From the NCBI GenBank assembly GCA_951406725.2, contig OX597820.1:69254001-69318000 (forward strand): a stretch of DNA of 64,000 bases. The letters are read 5' to 3'. The position numbers and the translations under genes were made by a program. Under the pieces are notes generated by a model. That model did not search any database. It was not told where the DNA came from and saw nothing but the letters and a program-made list of their open reading frames with translations. Of the stretch, positions 30,253 to 44,469 are shown piece by piece. Origin of the DNA: Octopus vulgaris (Eukaryota). Numbering within the stretch: the stretch's first letter is position 1; every line of letters starts with the position of its first letter.

Positions 30253-31128
30253 GTTCTAGAGAAAAGGAATCAAATAATTCATTGAGTTCATTATTCGATT
30301 AATTGATCGATTGACTGCTTTTGACAATGAACACTTATTTCTAGGTCAATTAATTCCATTCCTTCAAATTGTACGAAATTTCAGACTAGACATTTTCTTC
30401 AGCATTTTATACAATTTCCTCCCCATTTTTTGATGTTTTTTTTTATACATTAGTTCGAGCAGCCGATTATCATAGAATATCATTTTGAACCGATCGAAGT
30501 AAATAAATCCATCAACCAACTGTTCCAGCATGAACATTGTAATAATAATGATTTAAAGCTTCTGCAAAGAACGAAATAAGGTGACTATTATGAAAGAATA
30601 TATGAACGGAAAGTGTTCTTAGTAACAAAAATATTCTACTTGTACATTGTAAACTGTGCTTACGCTGCGTCTAATAATTCATCGCCGGCTAATCTTTTAG
30701 CAGACACCGAGGAAATGGAGTAGGACGTATTCAGTGTATACAGTTTCACATACATGAACCCAAAGCAAAACAAACATCATAAATATAAATCTATCGATAC
30801 GTATGGAATTCACGTACGGATATGTCTAATTCTTGTTCCATCTCTAGATGTCGCTACCATATCACCCTCCTAAAAGGCTGTGTTCTGTACTGCTCCCCAC
30901 CTCCCGTACTTTTGGTATTCCGCTAATGTATCGCCCAGAGCATTTTCACCACTAACAATTTCACGTCAGGTTGTGTGTAGTGGGAAGCTAAATGGGGACT
31001 ACTCCTGTTGGCTGGCCGTAGTAATCGAAGAAAACATGGCTGGATCTGGAAGCTGCTGGTCTCTCTCTCCCCCTCTCTCCCCCTCTCTCCCCCTCTATCC
31101 CTCTCTCTCCCTCTCTCCCTCTCTCTCC

Positions 31129-31159
<31 letters not shown>

Positions 31160-31651
31160 CCTCGTACTTTGATTTGCATGCTATAAATAAACAGTTTATT
31201 TCCGGGGGCCTCAGCTTATACAAACAAGATGCCACCACCACCAACATCACCACCACTACCACCATCGCCGCCACCACAACCACCACCACCGCCACCACCA
31301 CCGCCACCACCGCCATCACCATCATCACCACCACAGTTATCCTCATTTTCGTCGTTCTTCTCATTGCTTTCCTCAGCAATATCTCTCTTAACATTTCTCT
31401 TCCTTCCCTCCCCCGTTGTTCATTCATTAACATTACACTCTCTCTAACTCGTTCTCTGTCTATCAATCTAGCTCTCTCTCTCTCTAACTCTCTCTCTCTC
31501 TCTCTTCTCTGTCTGTTCCACAGCATCAATATTACAATCTTTTCTAATATTGCTACTACAACTATCATTATAGGTTTATAATCACCACCACCACCACCCT
31601 CCCCCTCCCCCTCATCATCATCATCACCCAGAACAATAAAATCTCCCAAAG

Positions 31652-31652
<1 letters not shown>

Positions 31653-31698
<46 letters not shown>

Positions 31699-31706
31699 TA
31701 ATAATG

Positions 31707-31737
<31 letters not shown>

Positions 31738-31747
31738 TAAAAATGAC

Positions 31748-31780
<33 letters not shown>

Positions 31781-31872
31781 CATAATAATAATAATATTAA
31801 TAATAATAATAATAGCAATAATAATAATAACAACAATAATAATAATAGTAACAATATAATGATGATGATGAT
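31653..31872. repeat. (AAT)n microsatellite
   Basis: Directly visible. Confidence 0.95.
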
Positions 31873-32142
31873 TAAAGAAAAGATGTAAAGAAATATAAAA
31901 GCAGGAACAAATGATATACTAAAATTCTACAAAAAATGTATTTTAAGGATATTGGGATTCGTTACATGTAATGAACACACATAAAAAAGCACACACACAC
32001 TCATGGGTGTAGATAAATCTCTGTTCTATTCTCAAACACACGCATATATATACATATATACATAATAAATATATATATAGATATATATGTATATATATAT
32101 ATATAAATGTATATATGCATATGTAATATATATATATAGATA

Positions 32143-32220
<78 letters not shown>

Positions 32221-32253
32221 CAGACATACATACAGACAGACAGACAGACAGAC

Positions 32254-32310
<57 letters not shown>

Positions 32311-33294
32311 TACATACGTATTGATCTTTGAAAACTGCAACTTTAATGCAACTTACAGCGATATAAGGATGAAACCAAATGCAATTGTTTTTATATTTAC
32401 AACAGAATTAAAGAAAAATTCGATATTTTAAAATGTCTGTAATCGAATTAAATGTTTACAATAGAATTTAAGGCATTTCAATTTCTCCTCCAAAGGTCAC
32501 AGCTATCAATTTTGCTCTAAGATTCTGCTTATGGAAACCTCAGAAATTCTGCGAAAGAAACAAAAGGAAGGAAAGATGCTGATATGAGCTGTGCCTTGTG
32601 TGTGTATGTGTGTGTGTGTATGCGTCTCTGTTCTGTATTTACAGTTATATTTTTAAGTTTATATATACACACACATATATATATATATATATGTATGTAT
32701 GTATGTATCTATGTGTGAGTATGCTTGTATATGTGTATTTATAATGTTTATAAAGAAGCATTTACACATTTAATGAAATGAAAACATAATGTAAATTGCT
32801 AATCACTTACATAAAGAAAACTCCATCTACTTGAGAAATCTCCTTGTATGCTGCTTACTGAATGGCTTGATAAAGTATGTTATGTTACCAAGTAGAATCT
32901 TACATTTAATTTCTTACATTATCCAGTCTTGCTTACACAAATAATAAAACTTGTAGATTATAGAGAATCACAAAGAAAACAGTTATGAATGAGTATTTGA
33001 GTAAACTCAAATGTTTTCTCTAAGTGCTTATCTAGCCAAATGCGAATAGCTCATAAATATGTCTCTCATAGATATATAAAAGGAAATTGCCAATTGGCAG
33101 AGTGGTTTTGTGGTTGTTGGAAAAATATGTTTTAAAGCAATGTAGAGAGTCTCTTGACATCACTTCTAATATTTTATATTATATTGTCTACACAGAAATC
33201 AAATCGTTTTGTGTTGGGAAGGCTAAACATGTTACAACAACAATAATATTGATAATGATATTAATAATAATAACGACGGCAATTTTTTTCTATT

Positions 33295-33595
33295 ATGATC
33301 ACAAGGCTTGAAATGGTATGTGGAGGAGCTAACTGATTGCATCGACCCCAATGCTCGACGGGTATATATTTCGTCTACCCTGAAAGGTTCAAATACAAAG
33401 TCGACCTCTGTAGAATTTGAAATAGGAACGTTAAGACGAGAACGGAATGATTGATGATGATGATGATGATGATGATATTGATGATGATGATATTGATGAT
33501 GATAATGGTTTCAAATTTTTGAGGGGAGGGGAGGGGATGTGTCGATTATATCAACCCCAGTATTTCGCTGGTACTTAATTTGCTAACGAGAGTTG

Positions 33596-33665
<70 letters not shown>

Positions 33666-33666
33666 C

Positions 33667-33697
<31 letters not shown>

Positions 33698-33972
33698 AAA
33701 GTGGCAGTATGCTTAGCGGCATTTCGTCTGTCTAAACGTTCTGAGTTCAAATTCCGCGGAGACCGACTTTACCTTTCATCCTTTCGGGGGAGATAATATG
33801 AGTACATGTAGGGCACTGAAGTCGATGAAATCGAATTATCTTCTCCCCGAAATTTTATCGATCCAGAACAGATGAAAAGCAAAATGGGCCTAAAGGAGAT
33901 TTGCACTCAGAACGTAAAATACCGGAAGAATTTATGTCTGGCATTTCGTCCGTCTTGATAACCATTCTGCAA
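33295..33972. mobile_element. Cluster of SINE family B remnants (minus at about 33295-33440, 33505-33580, 33850-33970; plus at about 33700-33850)
   Basis: Recognisable family B segments among (GAT)n, (TTA)n and (TAA)n runs. Confidence 0.7.
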
Positions 33973-34480
33973 TCTATAGTGAAGCATAGATTGCGGAGCG
34001 TTTTTATATGAGAAGAGCAACCATACTTTGGAATAAAATATAGGTGTCTGGTTTCAATACTGTATTTAGCCTACTTTCCGATAATGGTGTTCACATCAAC
34101 ATGATGTCAAAATCGTCTTTCATTCATTCGTCCATGTTTGCTTTGTTGTTGTTGTGGACGCTGATACTCATGCTGCTGCCGTTTTCATGCAAACTTGTTG
34201 AAAACATGTCAACTCTGAGAAAACAGCACAATGATCACAAATACTCGATCCCTGTTTATTCGTGGCTGCAGTAAATATGGACGCTCTTGTTGAAGGAAAT
34301 CGAGTAAGGTGTCACTGATTTTGTCGTTAGTCATATACGTCTTTAGTCTACAGATTAAGAATTTGTTTGATTGTGAGATCTATACTAATGTGTCAGTTAA
34401 CAATCATTCGTATTCACAATTTCAATGAATCCTAGTAGATATTCTTAACAGCTAAGTGGACTGAGGCGATACAGAATGAT

Positions 34481-34753
34481 CCCGGAACCATGTGCTTGGT
34501 AAGCAAGCTACTTACCACACAGCCATTCCTACGCCTGTAATTCTGTAATTTTTATCCACATGCATAGCAACTGGCTCCTGTTCATACCATTTTTCTCTCA
34601 ATTTGAATCCACATACTAAACTAACATCCAGATGCATTATTTTACCGACAGTCGTGAAACTGGGTGAGTTGGCAGAATCGTTTGCACGCCGGGAAAATGC
34701 TTATTGGCATTTCGTCCATCTTTACGTTCTGAGTTCAAATTCCGCCGAGGTCA
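34481..34753 (-). repeat. Inverted duplicate of 23082-23356 (SINE-B head, ~130-bp spacer, SINE-A head)
   Basis: The reverse complement matches through the non-SINE spacer, for example gtcggtaaaataatgcat(t/c)tggatgttagtttagt and tatgaacaggag. Confidence 0.92.
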
Positions 34754-35397
34754 GAATATAACATCAAAAGATTTAAAACTTTAATTTGAATTATTTTCTC
34801 CGAAAGTTATTTAGATTCTACTTAAAATTAATTACACCTTTACAAACATCTTCACGACTGCACAAACTCAATCCATTGCAGGGTTCATTTTCCAGCCATT
34901 AGTTGAACTTATTTGCAGGTGAGATGGTTTCAGCAACGTGAAATGAATTGTTTACTTCAAGAACACAACGTATCATCTGGTCCACAAACTCACACCATGA
35001 TCTTACCATTGTTCGTACAATACCCTAAGCTAGGACTTACTCTTTCAGTTTGCCATAAGGAAATACTTAAAACATGTAAAATTTCGAACTAGTAGTACGC
35101 TTCATTACAGAAAGCCACATTTATTACTTTCGTTTACACGTAGCTTACGTTTGCGTTTGGTTGGGTGGAGGTATCTTGTTAATAATCTTTTACTTAGCTT
35201 TTGTTAAATTCAACCTGTATAACAATTGTACAAATAATATCGCCCTACTCCCACCTACATTCATTTATATTTTTCTTTTAGAGAAACGCCCTACTGTCAG
35301 CTTTAAAGAACAATAATTCTGGTTTGTTGATTTCTCATGTCAACCCCGTGATTAAGTCGTCGAATCTCGAAGGAACGTTATCATCTCTGTTTGTTTT

Positions 35398-35547
<150 letters not shown>

Positions 35548-35847
35548 TATTGTATGTCTGTATTGTTTTTACATGCATATACACGTATAAGTATCCCCTT
35601 ATTTCATTTGTCTGTAACCCTCTCTCTGAATCTTTCTCCGCCCTCTCCCTCTCAAACACACACACACACACACACATAGAAGCACACAGATAAACACGCA
35701 TTCACACAATCGACCCCATCATAGCATAATATCCCAGTAAAATCCACTGAAGAGTTAAAGTTTCAAAGCAACAGCTAGTATTTAGCAATTTGAAAATGCA
35801 CTCGTTGACACGGCGCTAATTGCTAAGCCGCTCACTGATGTAGGCGG

Positions 35848-35882
<35 letters not shown>

Positions 35883-36293
35883 CCCATATATATATTTGAT
35901 ATGGCAAATCAACTGTATAATATCATACGTTGTGATAGACATCAATATATGTAGTAAGAATAAGCTGTGTGTGCAAATATGAAATGTGTCTGTGTATATA
36001 TATATATAAATCTATATCTCACATGCTTTGTTCCTCTTTATGTATATATGCATACATGCACACGCACACGTACATATATATACATCTATGTTTGCACACA
36101 CGTGAGCGTGTATGTGTGTGTGTATGTGGTGTCCAAAATGAGAGATTTTTAATTAGAATAAAATGGCGTAAAAGTGTACAAAGGACACGATAAAATTTTA
36201 GGTATTAATATTTATCATTTTGTCTGTTTGTTAATAGGAACTTCGAAGTATCGTTAAGTGTATGTAATATTGAAACATATGCACACACACACA

Positions 36294-36361
<68 letters not shown>

Positions 36362-36835
36362 CGCGCACACACATGTATAGTCACACACAGAGATATGAAT
36401 GGGAGATAGCGTCAAACATAGGTCATAAAATTTATCTGAATGCAAGTGGATTTTCTACTTATATTACACGCTTACAACGCCTTTGAAACAATAACGACAA
36501 CGACAACAATATTCATAATTATTTAAAATTTTTGCCACAAGGGCATTTCTCCCAGTGTGTGTGTCTGTGTGTGTGTGCGCGCGCGTGTTTGTCCACTTCC
36601 ACCGCTTTTCAATGGATTTGGTTTCTTTATGTTCCCTTCTTCGAGTGGTTGACAAAAGATCAGTGAAATAAATGCTAACTGCAATGGTACTGGGGACGAT
36701 TTGTTCGAATAAAACCTTCAAGGCAAGGCCCTAGCATGGCCGCAGTTCAATGATTGAAACAAGTAAAAGATATTGGCGTAATGACTCCCTAGAAACAACA
36801 AGATTAAAGAGAGTTTAACAAAATAAAATAACATG

Positions 36836-37001
36836 AGGTGCAAGATTGGATGTGTGGTAAGTAGCTTGCTTACCAAATACATAGTTCTGAGTTCAGTCCC
36901 ACTGCGAGGCACCTTAGGCAATTGTCTTCTACTATAGCCTCGGGCCGACCAAAGCCCTGTGAGTGGATTTGGTAGACAGAAACTGAAAGAAGCCTATCGT
37001 A

Positions 37002-37056
<55 letters not shown>

Positions 37057-37290
37057 ATGTGTGTGTGTGTGTGTGTGTATGTGCGTCTGTGTTTGTTCCC
37101 CCAATATTGCTTGACAACCGATGCTGGTGTGTTTACGTACCCGTAAATTATCGATTCGGCCAAAGAGACCGATAGAATAAGTAACTAGGCTTACAAAGAA
37201 TAAGTCGTGGGTTTGATTTGCTCGACTAAAGGCGGTGTTCCAGCATGGCCGCAGTCAAATGGCTGAAACAAAAGCAAAAGAGTAAAAAAG
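36836..37290 (+). mobile_element. SINE family A, full-length copy (preceded by an older tail fragment at about 36560-36770)
   Basis: Matches family A head, body and tail. Confidence 0.88.
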
Positions 37291-37447
37291 GAGTATGAAA
37301 TCCCATTTAAAAATCTAACAAGAATCTGCGTAATGGAGTTTATTTTTATCCACAGTACCTCTACCTGCAGTATGATCAGTGTCTTAATATTTTAGTAGGA
37401 CAGGGTATCACCTTATCTTGTCACAATATATTTTCTCTGCCTTGTAG

Positions 37448-37503
37448 AATTATATGCTCTCGGCCTCACTCTTGCTAACTTGTCAGCGTTAGCTCGGGGC
37501 TAT
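37448..37503 (+). CDS. Candidate 56-nt internal exon (xLYALGLTLANLSALARGY)
   Basis: Acceptor attttctctgccttgtAG and donor TAT|GTAAGT; only one frame is open. The product is not recognised. Confidence 0.25.
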
Positions 37504-37630
37504 GTAAGTGAATATGTATTATTACAACTGATCATTGGAAGGCTCGGTCACAACAGGAGCAGCAAGAACGATAACAACAACTACGCTACTACTGCAGCTG
37601 CTGCTGCTGCTGCTGCTGCTGCTACTACTA

Positions 37631-37683
<53 letters not shown>

Positions 37684-37731
37684 ACTACTACTACTACTAC
37701 TACATTTATAATAATAATACTAAATAATAAT

Positions 37732-37783
<52 letters not shown>

Positions 37784-38049
37784 TCACTACTACTATTACT
37801 AATACTACCGTGCTGACACACTAATATGAACGATCTTAACGATGTAGGTGGAAAATGTTCGTGATGATGCTGGTAATGTTGTGGAGGTGGAGGAAAATAG
37901 TTTGGTAATCGTTGCCGCGATCGTCACCATTATCGCCCAGAGCAATACACACCCCTTCACCCGCTTCGTCCTCTTCGCGCCACCATCATCATCATCTTCA
38001 TCATCATCATCATAATGAAAGCAACACAACAGTTATAACAGCAACAATA

Positions 38050-38103
<54 letters not shown>

Positions 38104-38118
38104 CATAAATCATAATTA

Positions 38119-38640
38119 ATTGGAAGTGTTATCATGTACATTGTTTTGTCTTGGTATAAAAGATGGGCTACAGCAAATATTCTGCTCAATACCACAGATT
38201 TGCTTATCAGTTGTTTGACCTTAACCAGTTGAGCATGTACCTTAGTGGCTGACGAAATGTGCATCTCTGATCACGAGCAGAAGTAGTAGGGGAGCCTCAT
38301 AGCCATGTGTTGTGAGGGATTTTTTAGGGTTTGACTAATTCACCTCTGGAAACATGAGTGTTTCGTTCGACATCCTTAAACAACCCTTATTCAGGGACCT
38401 TTTGAGCGGGATGGGTTACTCGACCAGAAGAAAATTCTAACTGAGCCCCACCTGCAAGGTCTTGTGCTGTTTATCTTGATATGAAATCACCATGTCGCGC
38501 ACATATGGTTGTGATGCATGTGCCTAACGTACCCTTATCAGACGGGTAGTCATGATGGGCATACTGGGCTTCGTATATTATACACCAGTAAACAACAAAC
38601 AAGATGAGGACAAATATCCGTCAAATGTAAATAATGTAAA
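38119..38640. mobile_element. Complex interspersed repeat adjacent to (AAT)n; class unresolved
   Basis: A higher-GC 520-bp block starts right after an (AAT)n run. I recall it as an abundant octopus repeat, but it is single-copy in this window and has no ORF. Confidence 0.45.
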
Positions 38641-39234
38641 TAATTTAAGAACAGCAATAGTGTTCAAGATCAATACGAACTTTTACTTGTTTCAGTCACT
38701 GGACTGTGGCCATGCTGGGGTTTCGCTTTAAAGCATTTTAGTTGAACAAATCGACACTAGTACTTATAGTTGTATTTAAGTTTGGATTCTTTTAACGAAC
38801 TGTTGAGATGCGGGGACGTAAACAAACAAGCACCAGTTGTCAGGCGTTTGTTGGGGGGGGGGGTATGAAAAATATAAACACGAAGACACACGCATAGAGG
38901 TACACACACGCATTTCGTAAGTATCTATGTGTGTGTGTGTGTGCGTGCGCGTGTAGGTGTGTGCGTGCGCGTGTAGGTGTGTGCGCACGCCACGGACTTC
39001 CACACAGTTTTCGTCTACGAAATCTACTCCCAATTCATAGATTGGCCCGGGGCTATAGTTCGCACAGTGGGTCCGAACCTCAACACACGTACTTGCAAAT
39101 AAAGTTTTCTTACCCACACACTGATATCCGCACTTATGCTAACAAAGCAAAATGAGAATGAACGCCGAAACAAAAGGTGAACGATGGAAAGCAAAACTCG
39201 TATCATAAACATCATATTAATTATAACAACAACA

Positions 39235-39281
<47 letters not shown>

Positions 39282-39546
39282 CATAATAATGATGATGATG
39301 ATGATGATGATGATGATAATAATAATGATTTTGTGCTACAGAATAATGTGTTTCGCATTTTGATATAAAGAAAGATATGTGAATGCATTAGCATTCGGGT
39401 GTTACAATTGCAAGATAACTTACATATAGTGACATCGGTTTGTTCTCTTCTCTAACAATGACAATTCATGATCATGCTTTGATAACTGCCAGTGACAGGT
39501 TTATATCGATTTCTTTATAATAATGATACAGCAACGACCTTTGGAT

Positions 39547-39593
<47 letters not shown>

Positions 39594-39619
39594 CGTGTGC
39601 GTGTGCGCGTGCATAACTA

Positions 39620-39663
<44 letters not shown>

Positions 39664-40419
39664 TGATGTAAAATCTGTATGAAACAATGTTATAGCACAC
39701 TTGATACTGTTGCAATTTATGTATCATATCAACTGGCACTTGCAGAATTTCAGAGAATAACGATAAACTTCTGAAAAAGCAATTCTACATTGCTGCTTCG
39801 ATATCTTTTATAAGTCATTTTTCATTTCATTTACATATATAATATACTAGGGTTAAATAATATGATTCTCAAAAGTCCCATTCAATAAAAACAAAAGAGT
39901 AATGTGTGTGATATTACACGATATATTATGGCATTACATAAGTGCATGCGACGTAAGATTTACATAATAGGAATAGAATGTCAAGCCTCACTTATTCAAA
40001 GGTTTTTGCATGTTCAGCAAATGTTATGATATATAGAACCTCTATATAATGAAATTATGGGTGTTAATAACAACATATCATATTGCTGAGTAATTACAAG
40101 TGTGTAAAAGTGTACTGTTTATTAATGTTTATTATTAGATAATAATATATTAATTTTGTTTGATCACCACATAAGAAGCAAAGCAGTAATTATCATATGT
40201 AAATAATAGAATGTGAGCAGTTTTGAAAAAGTAGACGCCATTTTGTAACGGTCGAAGAAGCATAACGAGAATATTTTACATCGTCCGCAGTATTTTGATA
40301 TTGCCAGTGAAGGGATCATTATCTGACTGTCAGTCAGGCAAATAGCTTTCTTTTGAATGCCTTGAGTAGAGAGCAGAACGTCAAAAGTATGTTCTGAGGA
40401 GCAAATCTCATTCTTTAAC

Positions 40420-40820
40420 GAATCACCATTATGTAGTATGTGTGAAACAAAAGAAAGAATGGTCAGCCATCTTGTAAGCGAATGTGCTAAGTTGGCACAG
40501 CGGGAATACAAAAGAGGACATGATAATGTTGCCAGATATATCCATTGGTTGATATCTGAGAAATGTGCGTTTGTCAGAGAAGCTAAATCAAATGAGCAGG
40601 AACCAGATAGAATGTTAGAAAGGGATAAATTTAAGCTTTTGTGGGATTTCACTATTCAATATGATAGAATGATGAAGGGAAGAAGACCAGACAAGAAAGA
40701 GGAAGTGGCCCAAATTGTTGATATCTCTATCGCAGGGGACAGTAAAGTGAAAGATAAATAACATGAAAGAAAGGAAATGTATGAACGATTGATAGAGAAG
40801 GTTGAAAAAAGTTGTTGGGG
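40420..40820 (+). mobile_element. Decayed R4/Dong-clade non-LTR retrotransposon fragment (CCHC knuckle plus RLE endonuclease)
   Basis: Translation ESPLCSMCETKERMVSHLVSECAKLAQREYKRGHDNVARYIHW...LLWDFTIQYDRMMKGRRPD...IVDISIAGD. It contains C-x2-C-x8-H-x4-C, the R(H)D motif and the RPD..D endonuclease motif. There is an in-frame stop at 40759-40761. Confidence 0.88.
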
Positions 40821-40867
40821 ATGAAGAAGACTTCAGTGATTCTGGTGGTGATCCGAGCATTGCGATG

Positions 40868-40926
<59 letters not shown>

Positions 40927-41919
40927 TCAAAGGAGCTGGTCATGCAATGACCAATACAAAGCATATATAATATATGAGTTCCTTAAATTGGAGGCTGTCC
41001 GTCTCTTGCGCCAGTTATCAGAAGTCAGACTGTTACAGAACACATAAGTAGGTAGGTAGGTAGGTAGGTAGGTATGTAGGTAGGTATGTAGGTAGGTAGA
41101 TAAAAAGACCGATAGATAGATAAACAGACAGATAAATAGATAAACAGACAGATAGTTAGATGTACGGTTAGACGGACGGAGGGACCAACGGATAGGAAAA
41201 TAGACAGATAATTGATGGACAGAGAGAAAGAAAGAGACTGTTTTTCAAAGAGAGCTGTTTGGGAGACGTGTACAATAACGAATATTAGATATAATAAAAT
41301 GAAATCTGTGGACAATGAGGTAATTTACTTATGACAGATAACATGAGAGTCTGAAGAAAGTCACTTTCAATGATGGATGAGTGCAATAACGGATAATAGC
41401 TAAAGGGTTAAAAACCGAAGTGTAATGACAGATATAGACAATGACACATATTAAATAAGAGGTTAATGACTGATATCAAATGACGAATACGAATAAGACA
41501 ACGTTATTTACAGAGTAATGATATAGGTATATAATAATACGATGTACCATTGAATACAGAACTCATTACACTTTTGTCGTTATTCTGGAGTAAGTCATTA
41601 TTAGGCTCATATGTCATTACACATGTGTCATTGCGCTATAAGTCATGTTTGCTTTCACATAAATCTGTCATACTGTCACTGTGCATATGTGATAAGTGCA
41701 ATGATTGGTATTAGTGAAGGCATGTGGTATTTTTATAACGAAATGCGATAAATATTGAAATTACACATCATATTATACGATACATATATATATATATATA
41801 CACACAATGCAGTGATACATTTTAGATTTTGTGTAATGATTTCTGGGTATGTCGTAAGAGGACACCCATCAAAACCCCCACCCATATACATACGTACATA
41901 CATATGCACACACACACAC

Positions 41920-41989
<70 letters not shown>

Positions 41990-42097
41990 GTATGCATGTA
42001 TGTATATTGTACAACATGATAAAAAATGTAACATTGCCTGCGGGATTAGAATGACAGATACACACATACATTTCTTTGTGCATGTGTATATATATAT

Positions 42098-42144
<47 letters not shown>

Positions 42145-42305
42145 TGTGTGTGTGTTTTTGTGGATGTGTGCGTGTGTGCATATATGTGTGTTTGTGTATT
42201 GTATATATGCATGTATGAATATATCTATATAGAGAGATATATGTATGTATGTGTGCATCTTTATATATGTATGGCTGTCCGCGCCGTATGTGTGCGTGTG
42301 TGCAA

Positions 42306-42394
<89 letters not shown>

Positions 42395-42834
42395 CGTATG
42401 ACCATATGTATGTAGATGTATAAGAAGAATAGCTTGGTAATTGGCTCATAATTTGGAGAAGTACTGAGCTCTTTGAGATGATGTAAGATACTCGTATGTG
42501 GATTCAAGTGTATTGAAACCTTATGTTACGAGGTGCGTTGTGGCTCCTTATTCTCTAAGGCTACTTCAAGACAATCTGCGGCAGACTATTGCTTGTAACA
42601 GAATGGAATTTAGTGTATGTGAGTTCGTTGAGACAAACACGCTCCGATTTCGAGTGAGGAAAATCCTAAATTTACATGAAATTATGTCTGTGTTTGTATT
42701 TTATATTTTTAGACACACTCACGCACACACACACACACACACACAAACCCACACAAACACCCACAAGAATATATAAATACATATTCATATATATGCATAT
42801 ACACACACATGTATTCGTATACATCTACGTGTAT

Positions 42835-42897
<63 letters not shown>

Positions 42898-43197
42898 TAC
42901 ATATATATAAATATACATATATATAATATAGCATACGTGTATGTACTTTAGGTATGCATATTTAGGAGTTCAGTTATGTAAGTTTTTCGCGTTTTTTTTG
43001 TCCCAAGAGTGAAGAAAAATTGAACAAACTTGCTTGGCAATTCACCTGCAAATCTTAATTTCTCAGATTTTTCTCTCTTTTTTATTATGTATATATGTAT
43101 ATAAATATATATTCTTTTCGCTTTTCCAAACTTCCAAGTCAACTTTTTTCTAACATATGCTTCTATTTTCGATCTTTGCGCAAATATTTTTCCACAA

Positions 43198-43284
<87 letters not shown>

Positions 43285-44303
43285 AATATATATATATGAT
43301 TAGTCAGTAAGTATTTTATATTTAAACTGACATTGATTCTGTTGCAATTTTAAACATCTTTTCTCTGCTATATACGGAAGTAAATTAGAGTTAGACCCGT
43401 ACACCATTCACAAAATAGTTAATCCCAACGGTGCCTCGTTGACCTGCTCCTTTTAATGACTGTTCTCTAATTCTGTTTTATGTGCGTATGTGTGTGTGTA
43501 TGTATGTGTATTCATATATGTCTGTATGCGTGTTTATTTGTGTGATGTTTTATTTTACGATAAGATAGCCAGTTCCAATAACTTAATTGGGAAACGAAAA
43601 GATGTGTGTGTTTGTGTATGTGTGTGTATGACGATAGCCCCGGGTTACAGACACACCTCTGTATGTGTAACCATCTGCACGTGACACTTTAGTAGGTTTG
43701 CAACGGTGTCACATCCTGGGTCACCGAAGTGCGCTCATTTGATTGACAGTCGGGTAAACTGGCCGGTCCACATTATTCAAAAGAAGCTGAAACGGCTGGA
43801 TTAAGTAAAAGAAAAATAAGAAAAAGGAAAGAAAACATTTTCCTGGTTGTAGTGAACTATTTGTACGAGCATCACACACACACAAACACACACACGGGCA
43901 CACACGCACGCATGCATACACACACAAGTATATACGTATAGCCAGAGTCAATCACACATACATATACATACTTTGATTTATGTATGCTTACGAACAAGGA
44001 TGGCAGGTATGTTACCCACAGCGTATTATCAGGTGAAGTATTTCAGCTAATTATACTTTTAATACTTGTATCCTACATTTTGCTTTCTTTACAATGTACA
44101 TTTGATTCACGTCGGGGTGACCTCGGTTGAAGCTGATAACTGATACATAATATAATGTAAAAATTAATATAACAACATAAGATAAAATAATATGTGTGTG
44201 TGTGTGTATATATATATACACACACACACACATATATATATATACATACATATATATATATATGTATATATATATTTATATATAATATAATATATATATA
44301 GAA

Positions 44304-44348
<45 letters not shown>

Positions 44349-44431
44349 AATATTATATTATATTATATTATATAAATAAATAAATATTGTATATATATAT
44401 ATATATATAATATTATATTTTATTTTATGAA

Positions 44432-44469
<38 letters not shown>

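Noticed and set aside
30880-31581. 233-aa ORF and the MPPPP ORF at 31229 downstream of a TATA-like motif
   Set aside because: Mostly CT and CCA repeats; the complex N-terminal part matches nothing I recognise.
34044-34274. Small ORF with a signal-peptide-like hydrophobic stretch
   Set aside because: The hydrophobic run derives from degenerate (TTG)/(CTG) repeats, and there is no other support.
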